From an uncultured virus (IMG/VR IMGVR_UViG_2061766007_000563) (taxonomy: Duplodnaviria; Heunggongvirae; Uroviricota; Caudoviricetes): a DNA stretch of 55,963 nt. Position 1 is the stretch's first letter. Each line of letters begins with the position of its first letter. The stretch lies in IMG/VR virus record IMGVR_UViG_2061766007_000563. The stretch is one strand, 5' to 3'. The notes under the pieces are model-generated. The model had not been told where the DNA came from. It did not search any database and saw nothing but the letters and a program-made list of their open reading frames with translations. Of this stretch, positions 33,879-45,034 are shown piece by piece. The position numbers were made by a program, and so were the translations under genes.

Positions 33879-34484
33879 ATGGCAAATCAATATTCATGGC
33901 AAGACGCTTTAGCTAACAATTATAGTGCGGGTAATTATGGCAATATACCTGGTAGAATTATGCCATGGTCGCGTAATACTGTTGCCGATGGCTGGTGGCT
34001 TAATAGAGAAACAATTATACAGTTGTCTGGTAGAGACCAGTATTTATTGGATGCGATAAATAATGCTTGTGATAATGGCATTAAATTTAATACAAATACA
34101 ACTACGGGTCAACAAGGCCAAACTGAAATATTTAAATCAGACTATGTTTTAGTTAACAATGCACCTGGTTATTATACCAATAGTGATGATTATAGCTTAT
34201 ATATAAGTGCACATGATGAAAATAATGAGCCATATATTGGTGAATATTATTTATGGCCTAAAGGCGCAGGTAAATTTAGTAATCTTGGTGTTGGTGAAGA
34301 CGTACAAGTGCCAGTTTTAAAATGGTCTAATTATCATAACGTATTACGCATGGGTTATATGTCTGTGTCTGATGCGTTCGGTAATTATGTAAGTGCAGGT
34401 AATAATCAAAAATTGACGTTGGTTTCAGCTGACGGTTCATTAAGACTCTCCGATATGCAACCTGGTATAATATATTTGGTATAA
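33879..34484 (+). CDS. Hypothetical late (structural?) protein
   Basis: 201-aa ORF behind a late promoter. Confidence 0.65.
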   Translation: MANQYSWQDALANNYSAGNYGNIPGRIMPWSRNTVADGWWLNRETIIQLSGRDQYLLDAINNACDNGIKFNTNTTTGQQGQTEIFKSDYVLVNNAPGYYTNSDDYSLYISAHDENNEPYIGEYYLWPKGAGKFSNLGVGEDVQVPVLKWSNYHNVLRMGYMSVSDAFGNYVSAGNNQKLTLVSADGSLRLSDMQPGIIYLV

Positions 34485-34487
34485 TTT

Positions 34488-37172
34488 ATGTTAGTGAAAA
34501 AAGTAAGCGACAATAGCTCTGCAACGGTAGTTCCATTGACTACCGCCTATGCGATGTTTAAAGACAATGCGGCATTTAACGGTGAAGCAACAATGTCACT
34601 GCAGCCAATCGTATCGAAAAATAATATATTTTACCCTGGAAATAATGCGCTAGTTATAGGTGAACATCAAACATATAATACAGCGACAAAAGATTTTTCT
34701 GGTATAAATCAAGCAATAGGCAGTAATGCATATATTGGTTTTACTGCAGTAGGTGGATCATGGGGCAGAGATCCGGCATTGACTGCATATTTGACTGCAA
34801 ACCACTGGATTGCCGGATTTAATAGGTTTAATTGGCTAGAGTATTCACACAATCCAGATAATGAAAGTGCTAACTATAATGGCACAGAATACGGAAGCGC
34901 AGTATGTTATATGGCACCGGACCGTTTCGAAGAGTCATATGATGTATGTATAACAAATGATACGTATATTTATATGGACTGGCCACTGAATTTGCCGCAA
35001 AAAAATCAGTTGTATGGCTGGCCACTTAGATGGGGCGAACCGGGTGCATTTACTCTCATATTCGATGGCGCTGGATGTTTTCCGGAAGACGATAAATATT
35101 ATGTATCTGGCACTGCAATAAATACACGTATGCAACCAGGTGCTTTAGGCTATAGTGCATATTTTATTAGTCGGGTAACGCCTGATTTTATGACATATGA
35201 CGAGTATCATACGACATTTACGCGTAGTTATCGTAATTGCAGAAGAACAGATACGCCGACACCAGATCCTTGGGGTGGAACTGGACCTGCATTAAAATTT
35301 GATACATATGAACAATTATATACATCTGGCGTAACTGCATTTTGTGAATTTTATGGTTGTTACACGGCCTCCGATATTACCGGCAATAATTTACGATTTT
35401 CTACAGATTCAACAGGTACGGCAGTTACTGGCGTTGTTTCAAACGGCAGTAATACAGTAAATGTTGAAGCGCTTGTAGAATATACGCATCAAGAAAATGA
35501 GGTATATGATTATAATGTAACAGATTATGTATGGAATAATGTCAGCAGTATAGTTATTAATGATGCCGGTGGCGGCGGCGGTTTTGATGCGTCAGTCACC
35601 GTTCATACACCATTCGCCAATAAAAAATTGACGAATATAGATAATACTATAATTACGCCGAGCGATGAAACCTGTAGAAGTTTTACGTTATCATCGAAAT
35701 ATAATATACCGAGCTATTATGGTGGCGCTATGTTATTTTCTGGAAATAATATAGGACAATATTTTAATAATAGCGATAAATTTTATTGCATAGGTTTAAA
35801 AGGCGTTTCTCTTATACCTGGCTACTCGCAAGAAGAATCTGTAATATATAGTAATTATTGCGGTAAATTTTATAAATTTGATGATAAGCATTTTAAAAAA
35901 GTAAATGATGACGTTTTTGAATTTCATGATGATCAGATAGGTAATATATATTCGTGCTACGAGAGAGAGGAAACATCTGGATCCTCTGTAAAAAGACTAT
36001 CTCAAATTGGCCCGATGTTTTTGACATTTGATGGATATACGTATAAGAATGATGAGCACGGACAAAAAGTTAAGACATTTGAAATAAATGAGTCAAGTAG
36101 TTTTGAAATACCGACGGTCTTGAATACAATAAATTACATAAAATCATTTGACCCCGAAAAAGAAATAGATCCTAGATATATTATTGCAAAGCCAACAAGT
36201 GCGATAGTTTATGAAAGTACGTATGGATATGATAAAAATCATGGCAATACAGATATTTATTCATATTTAGTCACGTATCTGCCGACATATACATTTGCAT
36301 CATCTCCGCTTAAATTCAATAAAAATGTTACCGAAATAACAAATTTAGGCGAATCATGTACTGCATTTAGTGCAATATATAGCATGGGCGGCGCGTTGTC
36401 TGAATTAACAGCAGTCAAGAGTGATTGGAGTCATTGTAATAATATTATTAACATGGCATCATTATTTGAAAGTGCGACAAAACTGGAAGAAATTCCAGAT
36501 AGCTGGGAAGGATTGGATAGCTTAACAGCCGCACAAGCAACATTTAGACATTGTACGTCATTGAGCAGTATTCCACATACATTGAACGGATTAAGTAAAC
36601 TTACAGACGCGGCAGGAATGTTTGAACATTGTACATCATTAACGGATATATTCGATTCATGGGAAGGTTTACAAAATGGCGCACGTATACCGTCAATGTT
36701 CCAAGATTGTCATTCATTGACCGGAATTCCAACGACATGGACTGGTATAAGTGATTATTATATGCCGTCGATATTTAAAGGCTGTTCATCTTTACAGACC
36801 ATACCTGATTCATGGGAAGGATTAAATATTGGCGAAATTTCATATATGTTCGCAGATTGTGGTTTAACAGCAGTGCCAGATTCATGGAGTGGACTTAGTA
36901 ATGTAACTAGAACAAATTCGACATTCTCCGGCTGTACGGCGTTATCATCTATACCGGTTGACTTGATTGAAAAATGTCCTGCGTTAACTGATATGGAAAA
37001 TATGTTTAACGGTTGTACTGCGTTGACATCTGATATTACGCACATTATGGATGAAGGTAATGCGAGAATGCAAAATCTTGTATTTGGATCCGCATTTATG
37101 GGTTGCATAAATGTTCAAAACTATAATACATTAACAGCAGATGATAACTATAAGCGATGGTTCGGATTATAG
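34488..37172 (+). CDS. BspA/DUF285-like leucine-rich-repeat protein, putative receptor-binding protein
   Basis: C-terminal ~24-aa repeats MFxxCTSLTxIPDSWEGL. Confidence 0.75.
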   Translation: MLVKKVSDNSSATVVPLTTAYAMFKDNAAFNGEATMSLQPIVSKNNIFYPGNNALVIGEHQTYNTATKDFSGINQAIGSNAYIGFTAVGGSWGRDPALTAYLTANHWIAGFNRFNWLEYSHNPDNESANYNGTEYGSAVCYMAPDRFEESYDVCITNDTYIYMDWPLNLPQKNQLYGWPLRWGEPGAFTLIFDGAGCFPEDDKYYVSGTAINTRMQPGALGYSAYFISRVTPDFMTYDEYHTTFTRSYRNCRRTDTPTPDPWGGTGPALKFDTYEQLYTSGVTAFCEFYGCYTASDITGNNLRFSTDSTGTAVTGVVSNGSNTVNVEALVEYTHQENEVYDYNVTDYVWNNVSSIVINDAGGGGGFDASVTVHTPFANKKLTNIDNTIITPSDETCRSFTLSSKYNIPSYYGGAMLFSGNNIGQYFNNSDKFYCIGLKGVSLIPGYSQEESVIYSNYCGKFYKFDDKHFKKVNDDVFEFHDDQIGNIYSCYEREETSGSSVKRLSQIGPMFLTFDGYTYKNDEHGQKVKTFEINESSSFEIPTVLNTINYIKSFDPEKEIDPRYIIAKPTSAIVYESTYGYDKNHGNTDIYSYLVTYLPTYTFASSPLKFNKNVTEITNLGESCTAFSAIYSMGGALSELTAVKSDWSHCNNIINMASLFESATKLEEIPDSWEGLDSLTAAQATFRHCTSLSSIPHTLNGLSKLTDAAGMFEHCTSLTDIFDSWEGLQNGARIPSMFQDCHSLTGIPTTWTGISDYYMPSIFKGCSSLQTIPDSWEGLNIGEISYMFADCGLTAVPDSWSGLSNVTRTNSTFSGCTALSSIPVDLIEKCPALTDMENMFNGCTALTSDITHIMDEGNARMQNLVFGSAFMGCINVQNYNTLTADDNYKRWFGL

Positions 37173-37185
37173 ATAAATTGATAAA

Positions 37186-37218
37186 ATAAAAACCGGTTGC
37201 GAAACCGGTTTTCTTTTT
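37186..37218. terminator. Bidirectional terminator between convergent blocks
   Basis: AAAACCGGTT-GCGA-AACCGGTTTT with A/T tracts on both sides. Confidence 0.75.
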
Positions 37219-37669
37219 AATTCGACATTAAGCCTCGTTTATAGTCTAGGTAATCTTTAATGGCGAAGCCTAAGTCTATGATACTTTTTCTTGTGTCCTG
37301 AACGAATTCTTTGATAGCTTTTTGAATATTCAATTCTTTTTTCAGCTTGATATATGCCGGAACACAATCGATTTGGCTTTCTATAGCCTTTGATGTGTCC
37401 CAGATTTCATTGATTGTAAGTCCGTATTTGGCTATAAGTTCCTTGTTCATCCTCGGGAACTTGAAGCATTTATATAATATACCATAAAGTTCAGCAAGGT
37501 CTACTTCCAAATCCGCACAAAGTTGAGTCTGTACAGCTAAAAGTTTGGTATATTTCTGTTCGTCGGCCGGTAAGGTATTTCGTCTGTTGATAATCGCTTC
37601 AATCGTATCAGGCATTTTCATTTCGCCGTCTGCGACTTCTTTTAAATGTTCATAATCTTTGAGTTTCAT
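37217..37669 (-). CDS. uvsY: UvsY-like recombination mediator
   Basis: 150-aa helical protein ending SIIDLGFAIKDYLDYKR, resembling the UvsY C-terminal motif; UvsW in the same window. Confidence 0.65.
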   Translation of the reverse strand: MKLKDYEHLKEVADGEMKMPDTIEAIINRRNTLPADEQKYTKLLAVQTQLCADLEVDLAELYGILYKCFKFPRMNKELIAKYGLTINEIWDTSKAIESQIDCVPAYIKLKKELNIQKAIKEFVQDTRKSIIDLGFAIKDYLDYKRGLMSN

Positions 37670-38109
37670 GCAATCCCTTTTTCTTCCTTGTATCTTTTAA
37701 TGCAGTCGATAACGAGAGGCCTTAGGCTCTTGTAATACATATCGGTATCGGTGTCCTCGATTAGCCTGTAATCGTCTACTTCAAGCGGATGACGGCCTTC
37801 AAAGCTAAAATAAGTGGAACAACTCAATGCCGGTAAGAAAACATCGGTTTCGGCAACATAAAGGTGTAAATCCTTGTATTTGGTATACAGGAACAAGCCA
37901 CAATCGAAAAGGTCTTCTGGCTGCAATATAATATTAGCTTCTTCTTTAAGTTCCCTAAGAGCTGTCTGTACATGAGTTTCGTCTCGTTCTACATGACCTT
38001 TCGGAATATCCCAGTTGCCTGGTTTATAAGAATGACACGAAGGATGGCACGCAAGGATTTTGCGAGTCTCTTTGTCAATAATAATAACGCCACAGCTTAT
38101 TGCTTTCAT
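37666..38109 (-). CDS. NUDIX hydrolase
   Basis: WDIPKGHVERDETHVQTALRELKEEAN Nudix box. Confidence 0.93.
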   Translation of the reverse strand: MKAISCGVIIIDKETRKILACHPSCHSYKPGNWDIPKGHVERDETHVQTALRELKEEANIILQPEDLFDCGLFLYTKYKDLHLYVAETDVFLPALSCSTYFSFEGRHPLEVDDYRLIEDTDTDMYYKSLRPLVIDCIKRYKEEKGIA

Positions 38110-38153
38110 AATAATTAAATATAGTAAATTTTTATAAAAAGGGAATACTCTTG

Positions 38154-38441
38154 TTAATTATTTTGATTATTATCTGCTTCGTATTCTTCGCGAGTCTTAT
38201 AATATTTCCAAAATGTAATTTGATGCTTGCCCATGAATGTTGTCTGACAAATAAAGTCGTCTCCTAGTTTCTCAATAATAGACGTTTTATCGACTTTTTC
38301 GTCATACATATCCGTTTTTATATCCCAACGTGGAAAAGTCCTCCAGAACGTGTTTATGGACTCAGAAGGACTGTTCTGGACAGTCTGTTTGACCGGTTTG
38401 GAATCTTCGGTATGTTTCAGTTCTACTTCTACGATTTTCAT
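38154..38441 (-). CDS. Hypothetical protein
   Basis: 95-aa ORF with AGGA RBS. Confidence 0.6.
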   Translation of the reverse strand: MKIVEVELKHTEDSKPVKQTVQNSPSESINTFWRTFPRWDIKTDMYDEKVDKTSIIEKLGDDFICQTTFMGKHQITFWKYYKTREEYEADNNQNN

Positions 38442-38503
38442 ATTGATTCCTGAAAAATAAGGCGGGTTTTTAGACCCGCGCTTATATTGTAAGTTACTAT
38501 ATA

Positions 38504-38938
38504 TTATTCGACAGTGAATTTGACAGGTTTAGCCGCTTCAGCGACAGGGATAGTAATTGTCAAAAGACCGTTTGCAACCTTGGCCTTGAGATTATCGATG
38601 TCCTGTGTCGGCGGGACCTTAATCTCGCAGTGCTTCGTAACCTTGATTTTCTTCAAGAGTTCTTTGCGAGTCGGGTTTTTCTCGTCTGTTTCCTTGCTTT
38701 CCTCGTTCTGTTCGACAAGATCGAATACGAGGTAATTTACACCGTTAACAACTTTCTTGTCAAGCGATACGTCGTCCTTGGTCTTGCCCGGGATGGCGAT
38801 TTCTACCGTGCCAGAACCGTCAGCTTCCTGATAAATGTTTACCGGGACGGAAATCGGTGTTTTTTCAATCGGGGTGAAGCCCTGTTGAAACCAGTACGGG
38901 TTGAGAAGAGAGTCAATGACGTTAAATAAGTCGTTCAT
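38504..38938 (-). CDS. Small heat-shock protein (Hsp20/alpha-crystallin)
   Basis: PVNIY..VEIAIPGKTKDDV..AKVANGLLTITIP. Confidence 0.9.
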   Translation of the reverse strand: MNDLFNVIDSLLNPYWFQQGFTPIEKTPISVPVNIYQEADGSGTVEIAIPGKTKDDVSLDKKVVNGVNYLVFDLVEQNEESKETDEKNPTRKELLKKIKVTKHCEIKVPPTQDIDNLKAKVANGLLTITIPVAEAAKPVKFTVE

Positions 38939-39102
38939 AGTATTTTCCTTTGGAACCTTTCGTGTTCCATGTTATTGTCTCGTTGTTGAACCCGAATCCA
39001 AGTTCTGTAATCCGGGTTTTGACCGCCGAGACGGACGAATCAAACTTATAAAAAACTCTTTATTCGTTTTATTTATATCAACTGATTGTCAGAAAATGAC
39101 GG

Positions 39103-40400
39103 TTATTCGTTGTCGAGAACAGTGATTCCGCCTTCGGCATTCGTGTAGATAATGACCGGCGAACCCTTATGTTCCTTGACGATTACGTTTGCGACACCTT
39201 CGACGCTGAGCAATTCCGTAATTACCGTATTGTACTTTGACGGCATACCGGCTTCCTCTGCAATCTTGAGAAGTGTCTTAATTAAGCTGTGAAGTTTCTT
39301 TTCATCCATTTTGTTTACCTCTATTTATTTGTTTAGGATCTTTTTTATCGAAATAATCGAAAATATCTATATTCGACAGTTTTCGCTTTGTTTTAAAATT
39401 TGTTTTGTGAAGCCACATAAAGCACCGCAATCTATTAAGCTGATGTCTTAATAATGCGATTTCTTCATCTTTAGTCATTTGGTATTTCCTTGTTGGCTAT
39501 TGTCTCGGCAGTAGTCCTTTTTCTTTTAAATCGAGGTCACTTACTTCGTATTTTTGTCCGCTTACGCCACGTACATAACTATAACCAGACGGATAACGAA
39601 TTACAGTATCGTTGTCATTTCCACGACTTGTACAGTATTTAGTTATAATCGATTCTATGTTATGTATAAAGATTATTTCGCCGTCTTTGCTTTTTACACT
39701 ATCAAGCATAATTATTTTGCCTCCACACATGTATACACGGCGGCGGATTTCACATACTGTGGATCGCCTGGCCATGTCGGTGTATTTTTAAGATATTTGT
39801 TAACGTGATCTTGACCTGCTGCCCTACATGCCTCTCTTGTCGGAATGTTTGGAACAATGACAGTATGCGTCGATACGCCACTATGAGTGCTCATTGCGAT
39901 TGTAATTGAAAGAATTAATGTCCACATTTTAAATTTCACCTTTTTCTAACATTTCATTGTGCCATTCGCATAATGCGTCTAGCTCTGGATTATTTGACGA
40001 ATTTGCTAAAGCAATCGCCATATTTTCTAGTTTTGTTTCATAATCGGGGTCGTCACGTGAAATGAGCGTGCGACACTTTTCCTTGTAAAAATCAATTTTT
40101 ATATTGCCCATACTAGCCTTCTCGTTTGACGACATCTTCGAATGATTTTACCGGTTCAATCTTATTTTTATCGTCTCCAAATAACGAATTCGCACATACA
40201 GGACAGAATTTCCATTCAAATCTATGATGATGCGTAGAACCGTGCCCATTACGAGCATGGTTATCGTCAATAACGAACGATACATCTTTTAGATTATGGA
40301 TTGGCGTATATGTAGTATATTGTGAGTCTTGACGAACTACAACATGAAATTCATATCCGTCATGCAATTGTTTGAAAATCTTATCACAAAAATCGCACAT
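39103..40400 (-). other. Run of small hypothetical CDSs (39103-39309, 39497-~39709, 39712-~39927, 39929-~40110, 40113-40400 with CxxC pairs)
   Basis: Abutting co-oriented short ORFs typical of phage early regions. Confidence 0.55.
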
Positions 40401-40401
40401 T

Positions 40402-40827
40402 TTATTCTTCCTCCAATGATTTAAAATAATTGGCATAACGATATACAAGGTCTATCATACTTGCAAAACCGTTTGCTCTGGTCGATGTTAAACTGTTAGT
40501 TAAACCAATGTCTTTAAAAAACTCAGGGTTCATTTTCATAATCTCAGATGGTTTTTTATCAGAATAAACATTCCTGATAACTATTGCCAATCCAAGGCTA
40601 ATACTTGGAATTTGCCTATATGCTAAATCTACGTCAAAATAGAGTCTATTATTCTCAAACTTAGGAATAAAATACATAGATGTAGAACAACCGGGCACCA
40701 AAAACTGATCTTTCTTTAATTCTGGATCTATTGGTAAAGACTGCCTAGATAAATCTAATAAGTATTTCCACTTGTCATCATTGGACTTAAATTGGCTAAA
40801 TATGTTATATAATTCTTCCATATTCAA
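40402..40827 (-). CDS. sufE: SufE-family Fe-S metabolism protein
   Basis: KWKYLLDL..LVPGCST..IGLTNSLTSTRANGF. Confidence 0.85.
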   Translation of the reverse strand: MNMEELYNIFSQFKSNDDKWKYLLDLSRQSLPIDPELKKDQFLVPGCSTSMYFIPKFENNRLYFDVDLAYRQIPSISLGLAIVIRNVYSDKKPSEIMKMNPEFFKDIGLTNSLTSTRANGFASMIDLVYRYANYFKSLEEE

Positions 40828-40833
40828 CGGTTA

Positions 40834-42685
40834 CTACGATTCGCCACGTTTACGACGACTTTCTATATCCATTGGTTCATTTCTTATTGTTTTGATAATG
40901 AGCATGAGTTGATGTAAATCATCGTCGAGTCCGTCACAATCTTTGGTATAATATGTTAAATTTTCATCAAAGGAAAGTCCGCCATAGAGCATTCTTAATC
41001 CTGTATAAATTTTTACTTTTCCGCAAATTCCGTCAAACAATGCAACAGTTGCAATACCGCTAACAAATGCAGGATGCTTAATATATGCGATACAATTATA
41101 CTTGCCGAATAAACCGTCAAGCGGTTCGACAGACTTTACTTCGAATCCATGACTTTTAAATTTTTCAGTAACTTCTTTAGCATATAATGCTTGNNNNNNN
41201 NNNTTTAATATATGCGATACAATTATACTTGCCGAATAAACCGTTAAGCGGTTCAACAGACTTTACTTCAAATCCATGACTTTTAAATTTTTCAGTAACT
41301 TCTTTAGCATATGATGCTTGTTCATCTTCGGGATAATCAGTAAAATGCTTAATTTCGTCCATGTTAGTTCTTTTATACAGTTATAATATTGTATCTTATA
41401 TTACTTTACATTCATGGCCGTATGATCTATAAATTTCAAATAATTTTTCTATCATTTCTTCAGTATGTTCAGTAATGGTTAATTCACCATTATCTCTATC
41501 ATATTCAACTTTATGCGGATTTCCCCATCGACATTTATAATTAGGAATAAAATCTGCATGCATTACAGCCATAGTGTCATCCGTCATACATGGTAATACA
41601 TTGGCATTTCTCCAATATACCACATATTTCTTTCCGGTATCGGATGCGATAAAATTTAAAATCATTATGCCTCGTATTCTACTTTTTCAATATCATCATC
41701 TAATTCATCATCTAATACATCTGGAACACGTTTAATATGATAATAATCATCTAATTCACCATTTTCTAACATTCTATCATGTTCTTCACATAATGAAATA
41801 AGATTAGGATCATTTTCTGCTCGTAGACATCCGATTGCCATTTCTCTTAATTTTTTGGCATAATTTGGCGTATCATACGGAATTAAATCACGTATCATTT
41901 CCATTGTAAAGTCGATTTCTTCTTCTGTAAATTCTGCATCAGACATTAATCTACCTTTATTTTAACAGATTTCTCAACATATTCAACGTTTGCCTTTTTA
42001 TAAGCACGGTACTTTTTCCAGTAATCCTTTGTATCTTCAAACAATATATAGTACCAACCACGTTTGTCCAGTTCAATACGCAATGCATTCATTTCTTTCT
42101 GGACCTTTTCACCAGCCCAACCCCAACCACGTTCACGATATTTGTCTTCAATGGCATAGACTTTATCCCATAGTTCCTTGTCTTTACCAGTCAAGTCTTT
42201 AATATAGAACTCTTCTTCATAGTCGGTATCGTGGAAGGTGTAATTTGCTACAGCACAGATGTGATGATCACTCATTTCTCGACCATTGTGCTTATGAACA
42301 TATTCAAACTCGTACCAATAATTTTTTGGTAACGATGCATCAAAATCCTTCCTAATCGGTTTTTCGTCCATATAATGCTGTGCCGATTTGATAGAAGAAT
42401 AACCCATGCCAGCTTTGTCTAAGCTAACACCTTTATACANNNNNNNNNNTACTTATTTTCTGCCTTTGTCCAATCATTACAACGTGGATATGCATCAATA
42501 GCTATAACTTTATCACCATCAATTTCACCAATAACAGTAGAACAACCATAACCATGAGAAAAATAAGGTCCTAATGACCTAGCATGGTCAAGGTTTCTAG
42601 CTTCTACAATTTTAGGTGTGTCCATTGCAGGAATTCCTTCCATTCCCATATCAAGAAACATCCAACAAGTTAAATATTTTTTCAT
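40834..42685 (-). other. Run of small hypothetical CDSs (40834-41362 split, 41396-41665, 41665-41946, 41946-42407, 42419-42685)
   Basis: Abutting ORFs with haplotype duplications at 10-N joins. Confidence 0.55.
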
Positions 42686-42793
42686 TAATCTACCTTTATT
42701 TCAACAGACTTTTCAATGTATTCTACATTTGCTTTTTTATAAGCACGGTACTTTTTCCAGTAATCCTTTGTATCTTCAAACAANNNNNNNNNN

Positions 42794-43991
42794 GATAGTC
42801 TCAAACTTTTCTACTACCTTAAATTTCATTTCTTTTACAATAACATCTAACATTGCTGCTCTATTCAAAGCAGCGAATTGCTGAACAATAGCCATATCGT
42901 GCAGATAACCTTGCATGTGTTCGCCTGTAAGATAGGAAAGATTTTTCGGAACAGAAAAATGGTCATAGTCTTTCATGAGTTCCTTAATTTCAGCATCCGT
43001 CTTTCCTTGATTCTTATACTTAGCAATTTCAGCACCACGAATAGCTGTCAAATTCGCACAATCCTTGATAGCAAGATTTTGCCAGTATTCACAAGTAGCA
43101 ACACCCAAGTGGCGAGAACCAGAATGAATAACAATATAAAATGCACCTTCATCATCCTTATCGCATTCAATGAAGTGGTTACCCCCACCAAGTGAAGCAA
43201 TACTCAAAAGTTCTTCTCGTTTAACATCGGCAATAAGTTCTTCAAACTGTTCATCAAATTCATTAGCATAACGGTGACGGTTACTTCTATGTTCTTTACC
43301 AGACGGAATCTTTTCCTTAATGACCTTATCCAGTTTACCAAATTCGATAAACTTGTCCTTAAGCTTTGCAACCAGCATTCCACAGCCAATATCGACACCA
43401 ACAAGGTTAGGAACAACCTTATCCTTGATAGTCATAGTAGTGCCAACTGTGCAATCTTTACCTGCATGCACATCAGGCATAATGGCAACATTTACATCNN
43501 NNNNNNNNATGGATAACAATATAAAATGCACCTTCATCATCTTTATCGCATTCAATAAAATGATTGCCTCCGCCAAGTGAAGCAATACTTAGAAGTTCTT
43601 CACGTCTTACATCAGCAATAAGTTCTTCAAATTGTTCATCAAATTCATTAGCATAACGGTGACGATTTGCTCTATGTTCCTTACCAGACGGAATCTTTTC
43701 CTTAATGACCTTATCCAGTTTACCAAATTCGATAAACTTGTCCTTAAGCTTTGCAACCAGCATTCCACAGCCAATATCAACACCGACAAGGTTAGGAACA
43801 ACCTTGTTTTTAATAAGCATTGTAGTACCTACTGTACAGTCTTTCCCACAATGACAATCTGGCATTATTTTAATATTAGAATCTTTTGCCCATATTTGAC
43901 AAGTCATATTTAAGATTTGCCCATATGCAGCGCTATCTATATTATCTGTATATACGGTTGCTTTACCATATTTACCTTGTATTTCCATCAT
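42794..43991 (-). CDS. rtcB: RtcB-family RNA ligase (two overlapping haplotype fragments; C-terminus lost at gap)
   Basis: IMPDxHxG, VGVDIGCGM, SLGGGNHFIE, IHSGSRHLG, FAALNR. Confidence 0.95.
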
Positions 43992-44829
43992 CTTTTTTAA
44001 TCCACCTTGGATCTAAAAATCCTTTAACAAAACCTTCTGGACATTCATAACAAAATTTATTAATTTTACCATTATTATACCAATGTCTTCCTTTATTATT
44101 TTCAGCAATTTTTATTTTTCTTTTTTCTTCTATTTCTTCATTAATTTTAACAATATGACCTTCTTTAAATCCTTCAGGACATGTTTCAGCTAATATACTT
44201 ATTTCACCATTATTATACCAATGTTTACCATAATTCCAGCTATCTTCTTTCCGTTTTACTAAATTTGGACACTTTTTATCTTTATTCCATACTTTATATC
44301 CATTTTTATATCTTTCTTTTAATGTTTCAGAAATTTGTTTTCTTTTTTCAGCAGTAACCGGTTTATCTTTAGCCTGTGGTATAATTTTACCTGATTTATA
44401 TCCTTCTTTAAGTGCATTAGAAATTTTTATTCTAGTTTCTTTCGAAAGTTCTTTACCTTTTTGCGCATCTGATAAAGTATTTGCTAATAGTTTTCTTAAT
44501 TGCTCATATGAACGTGCAGACAATTTAATTGGATGCATATCATCACGTTTACGACATAGCCTTAATAAAGCATATGCTGTAGATTTACATGGATATATTT
44601 TAAATAACAATTTATGACATATAAAATGTTCTTTGGCAGTTAATGGAACTAAATTCTTTTTTACTTTTTCAAATTTTGGAAATAATGATTTTGGTAATAT
44701 ATGATGAAATTCAAAATATTCATCTTTAAAATTACGCCTTCTATAATATATGTTTAATGGCCTATTACCAAGTATTTGTTCATTTTTAGCTTTACGTATA
44801 ATTTCCAAATATATATGTTTATAATTCAT
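43972..44829 (-). CDS. HNH homing endonuclease with NUMOD3-like and WYNNG repeats
   Basis: EFHHILPKS..NLVPLTAKEHFICHKLL; LSKETRIKIS; two WYNNG..CPEGF repeats. Confidence 0.88.
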   Translation of the reverse strand: MNYKHIYLEIIRKAKNEQILGNRPLNIYYRRRNFKDEYFEFHHILPKSLFPKFEKVKKNLVPLTAKEHFICHKLLFKIYPCKSTAYALLRLCRKRDDMHPIKLSARSYEQLRKLLANTLSDAQKGKELSKETRIKISNALKEGYKSGKIIPQAKDKPVTAEKRKQISETLKERYKNGYKVWNKDKKCPNLVKRKEDSWNYGKHWYNNGEISILAETCPEGFKEGHIVKINEEIEEKRKIKIAENNKGRHWYNNGKINKFCYECPEGFVKGFLDPRWIKKDDGNTR

Positions 44830-44900
44830 ATATTCTCCTTATTTTTATCTTTATTTTTAAATGGTCATTCCAGTGACCATCTTTATTATTTATAATATTT

Positions 44901-44957
44901 TTGAGGTTAGAAATGCAGAGATTACATTTCAAATGGCTGGAACCATCTGTCCCTCAA
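44901..44957 (-). ncRNA. Putative three-way-junction RNA element, copy 2
   Basis: TTGAGG-GAC-AGATGG/CCATTT-GAAATGTA/TGCATTTC-TAA-CCTCAA directly after a TTGACA-17-TATATT promoter (44996-44968). Confidence 0.55.
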
Positions 44958-45034
44958 TATATATTATAATATAATAAAAAGGTTGACTTTTGTCAACCCT
45001 TATTTTTATTACTTAATCTCTTTTTGATTTAGAA

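Noticed and set aside
26114..37172. Diversity-generating retroelement acting on fibre genes
   Set aside because: No reverse transcriptase and no TR/VR pair with adenine-specific mismatches seen in the window
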